Made by a program: the position numbers and the translations under genes. This document shows positions 1-8,764 of a stretch of 64,000 bases of DNA, piece after piece. The notes below the pieces were generated by a model that was not told the DNA's origin, did not search any database, and was given only the letters and a program-made list of their open reading frames with translations. Numbering within the stretch: position 1 is the stretch's first letter; the number at the start of each line of letters is the position of its first letter. This stretch comes from Bacteroidota bacterium (GTDB lineage Bacteria; Bacteroidota; Bacteroidia; Palsa-965), in NCBI GenBank assembly GCA_021299855.1, contig JAJTEY010000031.1, positions 272-64,271 of the forward strand. Reading direction: 5' to 3'.

Positions 1-1
1 T

Positions 2-433
2 GCATCCGGAGCGTCGTCTTATGTATGGCAGCCGGGCAATGCAACAGGAGCTTCTCTTGTTGAGCAGCCGGCAACAACAACAACATACACCGTAATTGGA
101 ACCGACGCGAATGGTTGTGATAACTCAGGAACTGTAACGGTGAACGTGAATAATGCTCCTGTTTTAACGGCTACCGGAAACACCACGATTTGTCCGGGAG
201 AGCAAACAACACTTACTGCAAGTGGAGCGGTATCTTATGTGTGGCAGCCCGGCGGTCAAACAACAGCAACAATTGCAGACACGCCTTCAACTACAACAAC
301 ATACACAGTAACCGGAACGGATAGCAATGGTTGTACTTCAACAACAACTATAACCGTAACTGTGGGCACCAACCCTGCAACTCCTGCGGTAACTGTTAAC
401 GGTAACATTCTTACTTCAACCGTTACCGGAGCT
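2..433 (+). repeat. Tandem in-frame coding repeat with a 216-bp period (2 copies)
   Basis: gcatccggagcgtcgtcttatgtatggcagccgggc at nt 2 recurs as gcaagtggagcggtatcttatgtgtggcagcccggc at nt 218. The downstream acaacaacatacac..ggaac.ga...aatggttgt block also recurs one period later. Confidence 0.7.
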
Positions 434-850
434 TCTTACCAGTGGTTCTTAAATGGCGTGCCTCTTGTTGGTGAAGTGAATCAATCTACAACTGCACTAA
501 CTCCGGGATCATACACTGTTGAGGTTTATGATGCGAACGGTTGTGCTTCCGGTCAATCTGCTCCTGTGGTAATTACAGGTGTTGATGCGGCTGCGGCTAC
601 AACTCAACTCGCAGTTTATCCAAATCCGACAAGCGGCATGATGATATTGACTTTGGGTCAATTAAAAGATCCTAAGTACGTGCTTGAAGTTCATAATGCT
701 TTAGGTCAAATTGTGTACCGTGAACAACTGAACGTTTCCGGACCTTCTATGCAGAAAGAATTAAACCTTGGTATCTATGGCGCCGGTGTTTATGAAATTC
801 GCATCGTTGGCGAAAACTCGTCAACGCTCTTGCGCGCTGTTGTTCAATAA
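2..850 (+). CDS. Secreted repeat protein, 5' end cut by the window edge; Ig-like ~72-aa repeats plus a T9SS type A C-terminal sorting domain
   Basis: The frame of ORF 140..850 stays open back to nt 2 (ASGASSYVWQPGNATG...). There are two tandem 72-aa units containing TTTTYTV(I/T)GTD(A/S)NGC. The C-terminus LAVYPNPTSGMMILTL...YEIRIVGENSSTLLRAVVQ fits the Por/T9SS CTD pattern. Confidence 0.8.
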   Translation, partial: ASGASSYVWQPGNATGASLVEQPATTTTYTVIGTDANGCDNSGTVTVNVNNAPVLTATGNTTICPGEQTTLTASGAVSYVWQPGGQTTATIADTPSTTTTYTVTGTDSNGCTSTTTITVTVGTNPATPAVTVNGNILTSTVTGASYQWFLNGVPLVGEVNQSTTALTPGSYTVEVYDANGCASGQSAPVVITGVDAAAATTQLAVYPNPTSGMMILTLGQLKDPKYVLEVHNALGQIVYREQLNVSGPSMQKELNLGIYGAGVYEIRIVGENSSTLLRAVVQ

Positions 851-866
851 AGTTTGAATGCTTCTT

Positions 867-897
867 AAAAGGGCGGCTTTTCAGTCGCCCTTTTTTA
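867..897 (+). terminator. Rho-independent terminator after the repeat-protein gene
   Basis: aaaagggcg (867-875) pairs perfectly with cgccctttt (886-894) and is followed by a T-run, 17 nt after the stop codon. Confidence 0.8.
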
Positions 898-941
898 TTC
901 TCCGATTGTAATACCGATATTGCCACTCGCTTATCACAATT

Positions 942-1178
942 ATGAAAAGAATCGCTATCGTAACCGCGCTTATCATTTCCGGCACAACGCTTCTTCACGC
1001 TCAAACGCGGATAGAGGAATTTAAAAGATTACTGACCCGAGTGCGCATGAAGAAGGTGACAGATCTTTCAGCCAACAACCTCAACTGCGGTAGTTTTTAT
1101 TTACATCTAACAATCCGAATTCCGAATACGGACGCTATTCTTTTGAAATGCATTTTCCATAATCCAGTTGAAGAATAA
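942..1178 (+). CDS. Hypothetical small secreted protein (weak call)
   Basis: 78-aa ORF with a signal-like N-terminus MKRIAIVTALIISGTTLLHAQ. No recognisable motif, and the context is AT-rich. Confidence 0.3.
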   Translation: MKRIAIVTALIISGTTLLHAQTRIEEFKRLLTRVRMKKVTDLSANNLNCGSFYLHLTIRIPNTDAILLKCIFHNPVEE

Positions 1179-1393
1179 ATGTTAGTCGAGGTATTATCTT
1201 GCACAACAGGATATGTAACATTAGGAAATTAAAAAATACAGGTAAAATTGATAAACACAGAAGAAATAGAAGTAATCGCTGACATTAATGTAATTTCGTG
1301 GCCAACACTCCACAGATTAGTAACAGACAACTATTTGCTTCGTGTTAATTTTGGTGGACGTGAATGTGTGGTACGAATTATTAAATAAGAAGA

Positions 1394-2572
1394 ATGAAAT
1401 CTATACTTTCCGGTATACTGGTGCTGTGTACATCAGTTGGCTATACACAATGGACTGCTGTTCCATCAGGCACAGCAGAAGATTTAACGACTATATCATT
1501 TGCTAATTCCACTGTTGGATTAAGTTGCGGTAAACTAGCCGCTTCGGGACATTCTATTGTTATCAGAACAACTGATGGCGGTGCAACGTGGACGACAAAT
1601 CAAGCGGCTTTATCCGGAGTAGTTCGTGACATCGCTATGCATTCGGGGGGAAATGCAGTAATTGTAGGGGACAGCGGGCGTATTTACACGTCATCCGATT
1701 ACGGTGATACTTGGGCAAATCAAACGGCATTTACAAGTACTCAGTTAACTGCAGCACAATTTATCAGTAATAATTTGGTGTTGTGCGGGGATGGAGCAGG
1801 CAATCTCTACGCATCAAATGACGGTGGCATTAACTGGACTGCTACAGACACCGCTTTTGACGTTCGTGTTAACGAACTTCATTATCAAAACAACTTGTTA
1901 TGGTTATCCGGAGAAGGCGGGATATTAGCGTCATCTGCAGACACCGGAAATAGTTGGCAAGTTTATTCGCAACCGTATTTCGGTTTTTTCTCGGGTAACG
2001 GGATTGCTGTATTTGATACTGTTGGATATGCCGTGAGCGATTATGGTTTTGCGGTAAAATATAGTCCCACTTCGGGTTGGTCATCCTTAACAATTCCTTC
2101 AGCAAATACACTGAATTCAGTAGCATCAAGCAATTTATTAAGCGCGGTTATCATCGGAAATAATGGATTTATTTACCGTACCGAAGATGGGAATAACTGG
2201 ATCGATGAAACGTATTCCAATACAACGATTAACCTTACAGATGTTACTTATGTTGATGCTGCAACTGCGGTTATTTGCGGCACAGACGGTACTGTTCTGA
2301 AAAGCACGAATGATATCTCAGGGATTTCAGACGATAATACTGTTGTAGCCATCAGATTATATCCAAACCCTGCGACTAACGGCATAACGCTACAAAGCAA
2401 TCAAAACATGAAGCAAATTTTCATTTTTGATGTCTACGGGAAGTTGGTTGCATCTGAATCAATCTTGCAGGAAACAGCCTACATTAATATAGAACATTTA
2501 CATGCCGGCATGTATCTGCTGCGAGTAGAAACAGAGAGCGAAACTTCCGTAATGCCGTTTATTAAGCAATAA
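1394..2572 (+). CDS. Asp-box (BNR) beta-propeller protein, Ycf48/sortilin-like, with a T9SS type A CTD
   Basis: Signal peptide. Five S-x-D-x-G-x-(T/S/N)-W boxes (TTDGGATWT, SSDYGDTWA, SNDGGINWT, SADTGNSWQ, TEDGNNWI). C-terminus RLYPNPATNGITLQSN...MYLLRVETESETSVMPFIKQ. Confidence 0.8.
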   Translation: MKSILSGILVLCTSVGYTQWTAVPSGTAEDLTTISFANSTVGLSCGKLAASGHSIVIRTTDGGATWTTNQAALSGVVRDIAMHSGGNAVIVGDSGRIYTSSDYGDTWANQTAFTSTQLTAAQFISNNLVLCGDGAGNLYASNDGGINWTATDTAFDVRVNELHYQNNLLWLSGEGGILASSADTGNSWQVYSQPYFGFFSGNGIAVFDTVGYAVSDYGFAVKYSPTSGWSSLTIPSANTLNSVASSNLLSAVIIGNNGFIYRTEDGNNWIDETYSNTTINLTDVTYVDAATAVICGTDGTVLKSTNDISGISDDNTVVAIRLYPNPATNGITLQSNQNMKQIFIFDVYGKLVASESILQETAYINIEHLHAGMYLLRVETESETSVMPFIKQ

Positions 2573-2641
2573 TTTTTTTTCCGCGACTGTATCTTTTTGT
2601 TGCCGTTTGTCATTAGGACGATAAATCAAAACTTATCGACT

Positions 2642-4021
2642 ATGGCAGGCGGCAAACTTTCTCCACGACAAAAAATGATAGGCATGATGTACCTAGTACT
2701 GACTGCGCTATTAGCACTTAATGTTTCCAAGGAAATACTGGATGCATTTGTTACCGTAAACAAAGGACTTGAAACCACGGCAGCCAGCTTCGATCGCGGC
2801 ATTGGGCAACTTTATTCTGAATTTGATCAGAAAAAGAGTATTGATCCTTTGCGAATGCAACCAACCTGGGAAAAAGCCCAGCGCGTAAAAGCGCTTTCAA
2901 AAAAGTTGAATGAGCGAATAGATCTTTTAAAGAAGAGACTTATCCGAGAGACCGAAGGATATGTGAATCATGAAGGAGACACCATTCATTTACAGTATGT
3001 CAACTCCAAGGATAATTACGACATACCGACCAACATTATGATTGGCGCGTCAGAAGACGGCAGCAAAGGCGAAGCAAGAAACTTAAAACAAGAACTTCGA
3101 CACTATCAAAATGATTTACTGTCATTACTTAGAGAAGATGTGCGAAAAGACATACACTTCAGTTTCGACATAGAAGATCCGAAAGATGGCGGTGATTTAA
3201 AGACGTGGGAATTGAAAACCTTTTACCACACGCCACTCGCTGCAAGTGTGACTATTCTGTCCAAAATTCAGGATGATGTTAAAAGTGCTGAGCAAGATGT
3301 TTTAAATGCATTGATGCGCGAAACGGAAAGTGAAACAGCTAGGGAAGGTGTTTTCGAATATTCAGGAACTATAAAAATGACCACACCGAAAGGAAAACAA
3401 CTTTCATATCCATTCGCTTCTTCATACATCGTTGCGCGACCAACATTAACGGTAAGTGCAGATAAAATGAATGTGATGTACACCGGTTTAAAGAATCCAA
3501 TTTCGGTTTCCGTTCCTGGAGTTGCTAATGAGAATGTGACTGTTACATGCAGCAATGGAACTCTTTTAAAGTTGGGTAATGGTAAGTACGAGGTACAGTC
3601 TCCTCAACCCGGTAAATCTATTGTAACCGTTACCGCAACGTTGCCTTCGGGAGAGAAAAAAAGTATGGGCACGATGGAGTTTCGTGTTAAACGATTACCC
3701 AAACCTGAAGTAACAATTAGCGGCGTGATGGGAACAAGAGCAACAGCAGCCCAACTAGGAGTATCTCCCGGCATTGTTGCAGTTTATCCGAATACTGAAT
3801 TCGAAGATGCTAAGGTTCGCACCACTTCATTTCGTATTGAAGCTTATCAAAATGGTGTCGCCGTAATTGCGACAACAATAAACGGCAACATGTTCACTGC
3901 TGCATTGCAAGGTCAATTTCGATCACTACGAAAAGGAACCAAAGTTTATATTACAGAAATTAAAACTTCAGGCCCCGATGGTTTAGGTACAGCAAGCGAC
4001 ATCAGTATTACGATTCAATAG
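2642..4021 (+). CDS. gldM: GldM/PorM-like T9SS and gliding-motility protein, stand-alone copy
   Basis: The ATG at 2642 gives MAGGKLSPRQKMIGMMYLVLTALLALNVSKEILDAF, the hallmark GldM N-terminus plus a single TM helix. It runs 459 aa with a beta-rich C-terminal half (MEFRVKRLPKPEVTISG...). The 15 codons upstream in the ORF track start at TTG and look spurious. Confidence 0.85.
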   Translation: MAGGKLSPRQKMIGMMYLVLTALLALNVSKEILDAFVTVNKGLETTAASFDRGIGQLYSEFDQKKSIDPLRMQPTWEKAQRVKALSKKLNERIDLLKKRLIRETEGYVNHEGDTIHLQYVNSKDNYDIPTNIMIGASEDGSKGEARNLKQELRHYQNDLLSLLREDVRKDIHFSFDIEDPKDGGDLKTWELKTFYHTPLAASVTILSKIQDDVKSAEQDVLNALMRETESETAREGVFEYSGTIKMTTPKGKQLSYPFASSYIVARPTLTVSADKMNVMYTGLKNPISVSVPGVANENVTVTCSNGTLLKLGNGKYEVQSPQPGKSIVTVTATLPSGEKKSMGTMEFRVKRLPKPEVTISGVMGTRATAAQLGVSPGIVAVYPNTEFEDAKVRTTSFRIEAYQNGVAVIATTINGNMFTAALQGQFRSLRKGTKVYITEIKTSGPDGLGTASDISITIQ

Positions 4022-4155
4022 TTTTTTTGCTTCCAAAGCCCGGGATTAGTTCTGTTATACGGAGATTTAACACTACTTGTAGAGTACTACTGAATTGGTA
4101 AATCGTTTAACGGAATTCACACAACTTAACTGATAATTAATGTGTTAGTTTTCAT

Positions 4156-4163
4156 TATCTTTG
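4156..4163 (+). promoter_or_regulatory. Bacteroidota -7 promoter box (TAnnTTTG)
   Basis: tatctttg lies 19 nt upstream of the ATG at 4183. Confidence 0.5.
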
Positions 4164-4182
4164 AAACTGTTAAGTCATTATA

Positions 4183-6450
4183 ATGATTACGATAAGAAAT
4201 GTTTACGTTTTAGTTTTAACCACAATCACGTTACTTACTGTGCAAAGCAACGTATTACGTGCGCAGTTGCAAGTAAACACCGCAGTAACCGCAAACCAAC
4301 TGGTGCAATCACTAATTGGAAGTGGAATTACCGTTTCGAACGTGCAATTGAATTGTCCTACAGGTGCATTCGGTTCATTCAGTAATGGCAATACGACTAA
4401 TCTTGGCATCAACTCAGGTATTATTCTTACTTCCGGAACTGCAGCAGTAGGCGGACCTGCAACGGGAAGTGCCAGTCAATGTTGGGGAACTACTGCAAAT
4501 GATCCCGACTTGATTGCAATTGATCCAACTGCCACTAATGATGTTTGTATTCTGGAGTTTGATATTATTCCTCAGTGTGATTCTTTGGAGATTCGATTCG
4601 TGTTCGGCTCGGAAGAGTACCCAACATTTGTAAACTCCATTAACGATTTGTTTGGCTTTTTCGTAACAGGTCCTAATCCTGCAGGGGGAAATTATACTTC
4701 GTTAAATATCGCGACGTTGCCTGTTGCCGGAAATCCGCCGGTTTCAATTAATACTGTGAATAACGGAAATGCGAATACAGGTCCGTGCACGAATTGCCAG
4801 TTTTATGTCAATAACATAGGTGGCCCATGGATTTTATATGATGGCATGACTACCGCTATTACTTCACGGTTGTGGATGGTGCCATGCCAGAGCTATCATT
4901 TCAAAATTGCCATCGCTGATGCGGCGGACTGTATCTTAGATTCAGGAGTATTAATTGATTTCTTAACATGTTCTTCGGCATTTACTTATACGACTGTAGA
5001 TCAGCCTGACGTTTGTAATTCCTGCACCGGTAGTGCAACAGTTAATATGAGCGGTGGAATTCCTCCTTATACGTACCAATGGTTGCCAAGTGGAGGAAAT
5101 GGCCCTACGGCAACAAATTTATGTGCGGGCACCTATTCTGTATTGGTAACTGATCAGGCGAGCTGCGGCATTCCTGATACAGTTGTGTTTAACATTGCGA
5201 ACAACGGTTCTATTGCTGTTCAAGCGCAGCAGTCAGACGCAACGTGTTTTGGAGATTGCAACGGAAGTATAACGGTTACACCTCAAGCTGGTAATCCGCC
5301 GTTCACTTATACGTGGAGTCCGAATGTTGGTACTACTGCGACAGTTAACGGGTTGTGTGTGGGCACTTATACGGTTGATGTGGCAGACGCGACAGGATGT
5401 ACTTCGCAATATACTTACAGCATCACTCAACCGACTCAATTAACCGGAACACTTACCGGCAATAACACCATTTGCGCCGGAGATCAAACAACAATAACTG
5501 CAACACCTGCCGGCGGGACAGGGCCATATACAGTAAGCTGGGACAACAGTTTACCGAATGGATTGACACAAACGGTTTCTCCGAGTGCAACGACTGTTTA
5601 TACCGCCACATTCACAGATGCCAACGGATGTAATATACAGCAGAGTTTCACCGTAACGATAGCACCTGCACCTGTTGCTGCAGTAGATCCACTTGTTGGT
5701 GATTGCGCTCCGGCAACTGTAGTATTTACTGATGCATCCACCGGCGCAACCTCGTGGCAATGGGATTTTGGCGATGTAGGTTCGCCATCAAACACTTCAA
5801 CGCAACAGAATCCTACTCACGTTTATTTGTCAGCCGGGACGTATAACGTAACACTGATTGTAAGCAATGCAGGAGGCTGTTCTGACACATTGTTAATTAC
5901 CAATGCAGTAACCATTTCACCTGATCCTATTGCAGGAGTAACAGTTAATACTGCTACCGTGAGTGAGTTATCTCCGGAAGTAGTGTTCACGGATTTATCA
6001 AATGGTGGAACTGATTGTATTCTTTACTTCGGAGACGGCGATTCGCTTGTAGGATGCAATTTTGGAAATGTCACGCATAGTTATCCTTCAGCAGGAGTTT
6101 ATACAGCAACAATGATTGTTACGAATGCCGATGGTTGTGCGGATACTGTTACAATTACTCTAGTCGTAGAGGAGGAAACTACGCTGTATGTTCCGAATGC
6201 ATTTACACCCAATGGAAGCGGCATTAACGATCAGTTCTTTGCATACGGCACCAAAGTGAAAGAATTTGAACTGTTAGTATTCGACCGTTGGGGAATGCTG
6301 ATCTTCCAATCCAATGACATTACAAAAGGATGGGATGGCACATTAAAAGGCAATCCTTGTCAACAAGATGTTTATGTTTGGAAAGTTACTTACACTGACC
6401 AACGAAACAAGCGCCACCGCATGATCGGTCATGTTAGCCTTATTCGCTAA
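4183..6450 (+). CDS. Large surface protein: choice-of-anchor-L-like N-terminal domain, SprB-type and PKD repeats, T9SS type B (CHU_C, gliding-associated) C-terminal domain
   Basis: Signal peptide. N-terminal LVQSLIGSGITVSNVQLNCPTGAFGSFSNG...FVFGSEEYPTFV...IADAADCILDSGVLI. PKD-like WQWDFGD...GTYNVTLIVSNAGGC. C-terminus YVPNAFTPNGSGINDQFF...WDGTLKGNPCQQDVYVWKVTY...GHVSLIR. Confidence 0.85.
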   Translation: MITIRNVYVLVLTTITLLTVQSNVLRAQLQVNTAVTANQLVQSLIGSGITVSNVQLNCPTGAFGSFSNGNTTNLGINSGIILTSGTAAVGGPATGSASQCWGTTANDPDLIAIDPTATNDVCILEFDIIPQCDSLEIRFVFGSEEYPTFVNSINDLFGFFVTGPNPAGGNYTSLNIATLPVAGNPPVSINTVNNGNANTGPCTNCQFYVNNIGGPWILYDGMTTAITSRLWMVPCQSYHFKIAIADAADCILDSGVLIDFLTCSSAFTYTTVDQPDVCNSCTGSATVNMSGGIPPYTYQWLPSGGNGPTATNLCAGTYSVLVTDQASCGIPDTVVFNIANNGSIAVQAQQSDATCFGDCNGSITVTPQAGNPPFTYTWSPNVGTTATVNGLCVGTYTVDVADATGCTSQYTYSITQPTQLTGTLTGNNTICAGDQTTITATPAGGTGPYTVSWDNSLPNGLTQTVSPSATTVYTATFTDANGCNIQQSFTVTIAPAPVAAVDPLVGDCAPATVVFTDASTGATSWQWDFGDVGSPSNTSTQQNPTHVYLSAGTYNVTLIVSNAGGCSDTLLITNAVTISPDPIAGVTVNTATVSELSPEVVFTDLSNGGTDCILYFGDGDSLVGCNFGNVTHSYPSAGVYTATMIVTNADGCADTVTITLVVEEETTLYVPNAFTPNGSGINDQFFAYGTKVKEFELLVFDRWGMLIFQSNDITKGWDGTLKGNPCQQDVYVWKVTYTDQRNKRHRMIGHVSLIR

Positions 6451-7074
6451 CTATTCTGCCACAACTTCGGTAACACCGGGAACCATACGTTTCAATAACG
6501 CTTCAATTCCTGATTTTAATGTGATGGCTGAAGAAGGACAACCGTGGCAAGATCCGCGCAATTGAACGGTCACAACACCTTCGCTAAACGATTTGAAGGT
6601 AATCAATCCTCCATCCTGCTCTACTGCCGGACGAATGTACTGCTCCAGCACTTCAACTATTTTATGTTCAGCATCTGTTTGTGGAACAGCGTGCTCAGTG
6701 AATACAGTTGTTGTAGTTTTAAACGAACTGTCCGTGTGTACTTCAGCTTGAGGCGCTTCTTCTACAGCCAATTCATTATGCAACAAGTGTTCACGAATGA
6801 ACTCACGTAATTCCAAAAGAATATCGTCCCACGTAATGGAATCGCTTTTTGAAATAGTAATATAATTCGCCGAAACAAAAACGCCCTTAACAAAAGGGAA
6901 TTGCAACAATTTAGCCGCTAATGGAGAACCTTTTGTTTCCTGAGCATTGGTGTAATTAGCAGTAGCCGCATCAGCAATCAGCATTCGGTTAGCAACAAAT
7001 TTCATCGTTGCAGGATTCGGTGTGCTTTCAGCGTATATGACGATCGGAATAATTTTCTTTTCAGTTGTTTCCAT
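6451..7074 (-). CDS. NifU/Nfu-type Fe-S cluster scaffold protein (Nfu_N plus NifU C-terminal domain)
   Basis: C-terminal LRGSCHGCPSSAITLKSGIE (CxxC NifU motif). N-terminal IYAESTPNPATMKFVAN Nfu_N-like segment. Confidence 0.8.
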   Translation of the reverse strand: METTEKKIIPIVIYAESTPNPATMKFVANRMLIADAATANYTNAQETKGSPLAAKLLQFPFVKGVFVSANYITISKSDSITWDDILLELREFIREHLLHNELAVEEAPQAEVHTDSSFKTTTTVFTEHAVPQTDAEHKIVEVLEQYIRPAVEQDGGLITFKSFSEGVVTVQLRGSCHGCPSSAITLKSGIEALLKRMVPGVTEVVAE

Positions 7075-7078
7075 AATG

Positions 7079-7086
7079 CAAAGGTA
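7079..7086 (-). promoter_or_regulatory. -7 promoter box TACCTTTG, 4 nt from the nfu-like start codon
   Basis: The minus strand reads TACCTTTG-CATT-ATG (plus strand caaaggta at 7079-7086; start codon at 7072-7074). Confidence 0.5.
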
Positions 7087-7128
7087 GGAAAGGATTATTT
7101 GAGGACTATCATTACAACATGAAAAGCC

Positions 7129-7136
7129 TACTTTTG
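7129..7136 (+). promoter_or_regulatory. -7 promoter box for nadB
   Basis: tacttttg lies 11 nt upstream of the ATG at 7148. Confidence 0.5.
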
Positions 7137-7147
7137 TTTATTACAGT

Positions 7148-8725
7148 ATGGCTAAAACAATTCACACCGAATTTCTTGTAATTGGATCCGGTATCGCAGG
7201 GCTTTCTTATGCTTTGAAAGTAGCGAACCACGGAAAGGTTATTTTGATAACTAAGGCATCAGAAGATGAGTCCAACACGAAATACGCACAAGGTGGGATT
7301 GCGGCTGTGATGTACGAGCCCGATTCATACGAAAAACATATAGCAGATACGATTGCCTGTGGTGACGGCTTGTGTGATCCTGAAATAGTGCGTTTTGTGA
7401 TTCGGGAGAGTACAGAACGTGTTCAGGAGTTAGCGGCCTGGGGAGCACAATTTGATCGCAAAGAGGATGGAAATTACCAGTTAGCGAAAGAAGGCGGTCA
7501 TACAGAACCACGCATTCTCCATCATAAAGACATCACCGGTTTCGAAATTGAACGGGCATTATTAGCACAGGTTAACGCACATCCAAACATTGAGATCTTC
7601 GATCATCATTTCGCTATAGATATTATCACTCAACACCATTTGGGCATTGAAGTGAACAGCAGAACTCCCGACATACAATGTTATGGCGCCTACGTATTAA
7701 ACACGAATAACGGAGAGGTAGATACTGTTCTTGCTAAAATTACCCTAATGGCTACAGGCGGAGCCGGACATGTTTATGCGACAACTACAAATCCTATTAT
7801 CGCTACAGGCGATGGCGTAGCGATGGTCTATCGCGCGAAGGGGAAAGTGGAGAACATGGAATTTATTCAGTTTCATCCGACATCACTTTACAATCCTGGA
7901 GAACATCCTTCGTTTTTAATTACTGAAGCGATGCGTGGGCACGGAGGAATTTTGCGCACACAGGATGGCAAAGAGTTCATGCACAAATATGACGATCGAA
8001 AATCTTTAGCGCCACGGGATATTGTTGCGCGCGCGATTGACAACGAAATGAAAATTCGTGGAGAAGATTTTGTGTACTTGGATTGCACACATCTTGATGC
8101 GGACGATTTGATTCAGCACTTCCCTAATATCCACGAAAAGTGTTTGTCGCTGGGAATAGATATGCGAAAAGATTTTATTCCCGTTGTTCCGGCCATGCAT
8201 TACATGTGTGGTGGCGTGAAGGTGGACTTACAAGGCAGAAGCAGCATTGACAGACTATATGCTGCAGGCGAATGTTCGTGCACAGGATTACACGGTGCAA
8301 ATCGTCTGGCATCGAACTCTCTATTAGAAGCAGTTGTATATGCGCATGCTGCCGCACAAGACAGCATTCAGCGTATTCAAGAGCTTGATTTCCGCGATGG
8401 CATTCCGCATTGGGATGCAGAAGGTACAGATGCTCCTGAAGAAATGGTCCTCATTACCCAAAGTTTGCGCGAAGTACAAACAATTATGAGCAATTATGTG
8501 GGCATAGTTCGATCTGATTTGCGTTTACGACGCGCACACGACCGACTTGAAATTTTATGGTTGGAAAATGAAGCGTTGTACAAGAAGATTACCGTTTCGC
8601 AGAAAGTGTGTGAATTGCGGAATGTGATTACAGTGGCTTATACCATTATTAAACATTCGTTGGCGCGCAAAGCAAGTTGCGGATTGCATTACAGTCTGGA
8701 CTATCCGCCTGTTAAAAAAAACTAA
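7148..8725 (+). CDS. nadB: L-aspartate oxidase
   Basis: FAD-binding VIGSGIAGLSYA, the succinate dehydrogenase/fumarate reductase flavoprotein fold, MHYMCGGV and GANRLASNSLLE motifs. 525 aa. Confidence 0.9.
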   Translation: MAKTIHTEFLVIGSGIAGLSYALKVANHGKVILITKASEDESNTKYAQGGIAAVMYEPDSYEKHIADTIACGDGLCDPEIVRFVIRESTERVQELAAWGAQFDRKEDGNYQLAKEGGHTEPRILHHKDITGFEIERALLAQVNAHPNIEIFDHHFAIDIITQHHLGIEVNSRTPDIQCYGAYVLNTNNGEVDTVLAKITLMATGGAGHVYATTTNPIIATGDGVAMVYRAKGKVENMEFIQFHPTSLYNPGEHPSFLITEAMRGHGGILRTQDGKEFMHKYDDRKSLAPRDIVARAIDNEMKIRGEDFVYLDCTHLDADDLIQHFPNIHEKCLSLGIDMRKDFIPVVPAMHYMCGGVKVDLQGRSSIDRLYAAGECSCTGLHGANRLASNSLLEAVVYAHAAAQDSIQRIQELDFRDGIPHWDAEGTDAPEEMVLITQSLREVQTIMSNYVGIVRSDLRLRRAHDRLEILWLENEALYKKITVSQKVCELRNVITVAYTIIKHSLARKASCGLHYSLDYPPVKKN

Positions 8726-8764
8726 TTGCAACCGTTTAGAAGAAATAGGTTTAAATTTGATGTC

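Noticed and set aside
942-1388. A single reading frame, 942-1388, interrupted only by in-frame TAA codons at 1176 and 1230. This could be a decayed secreted-protein gene of about 148 aa.
   Set aside because: In this AT-rich stretch, two stops in about 70 codons is close to chance expectation, and none of the three pieces has a recognisable motif. I kept only the first ORF, as a low-confidence feature.
4126-4174. 7-bp inverted repeat acttaac / gttaagt flanking the -7 box of the 4183 adhesin gene
   Set aside because: It is short and AT-rich, so it is expected by chance in a 160-bp AT-rich spacer. There is no supporting evidence for an operator.
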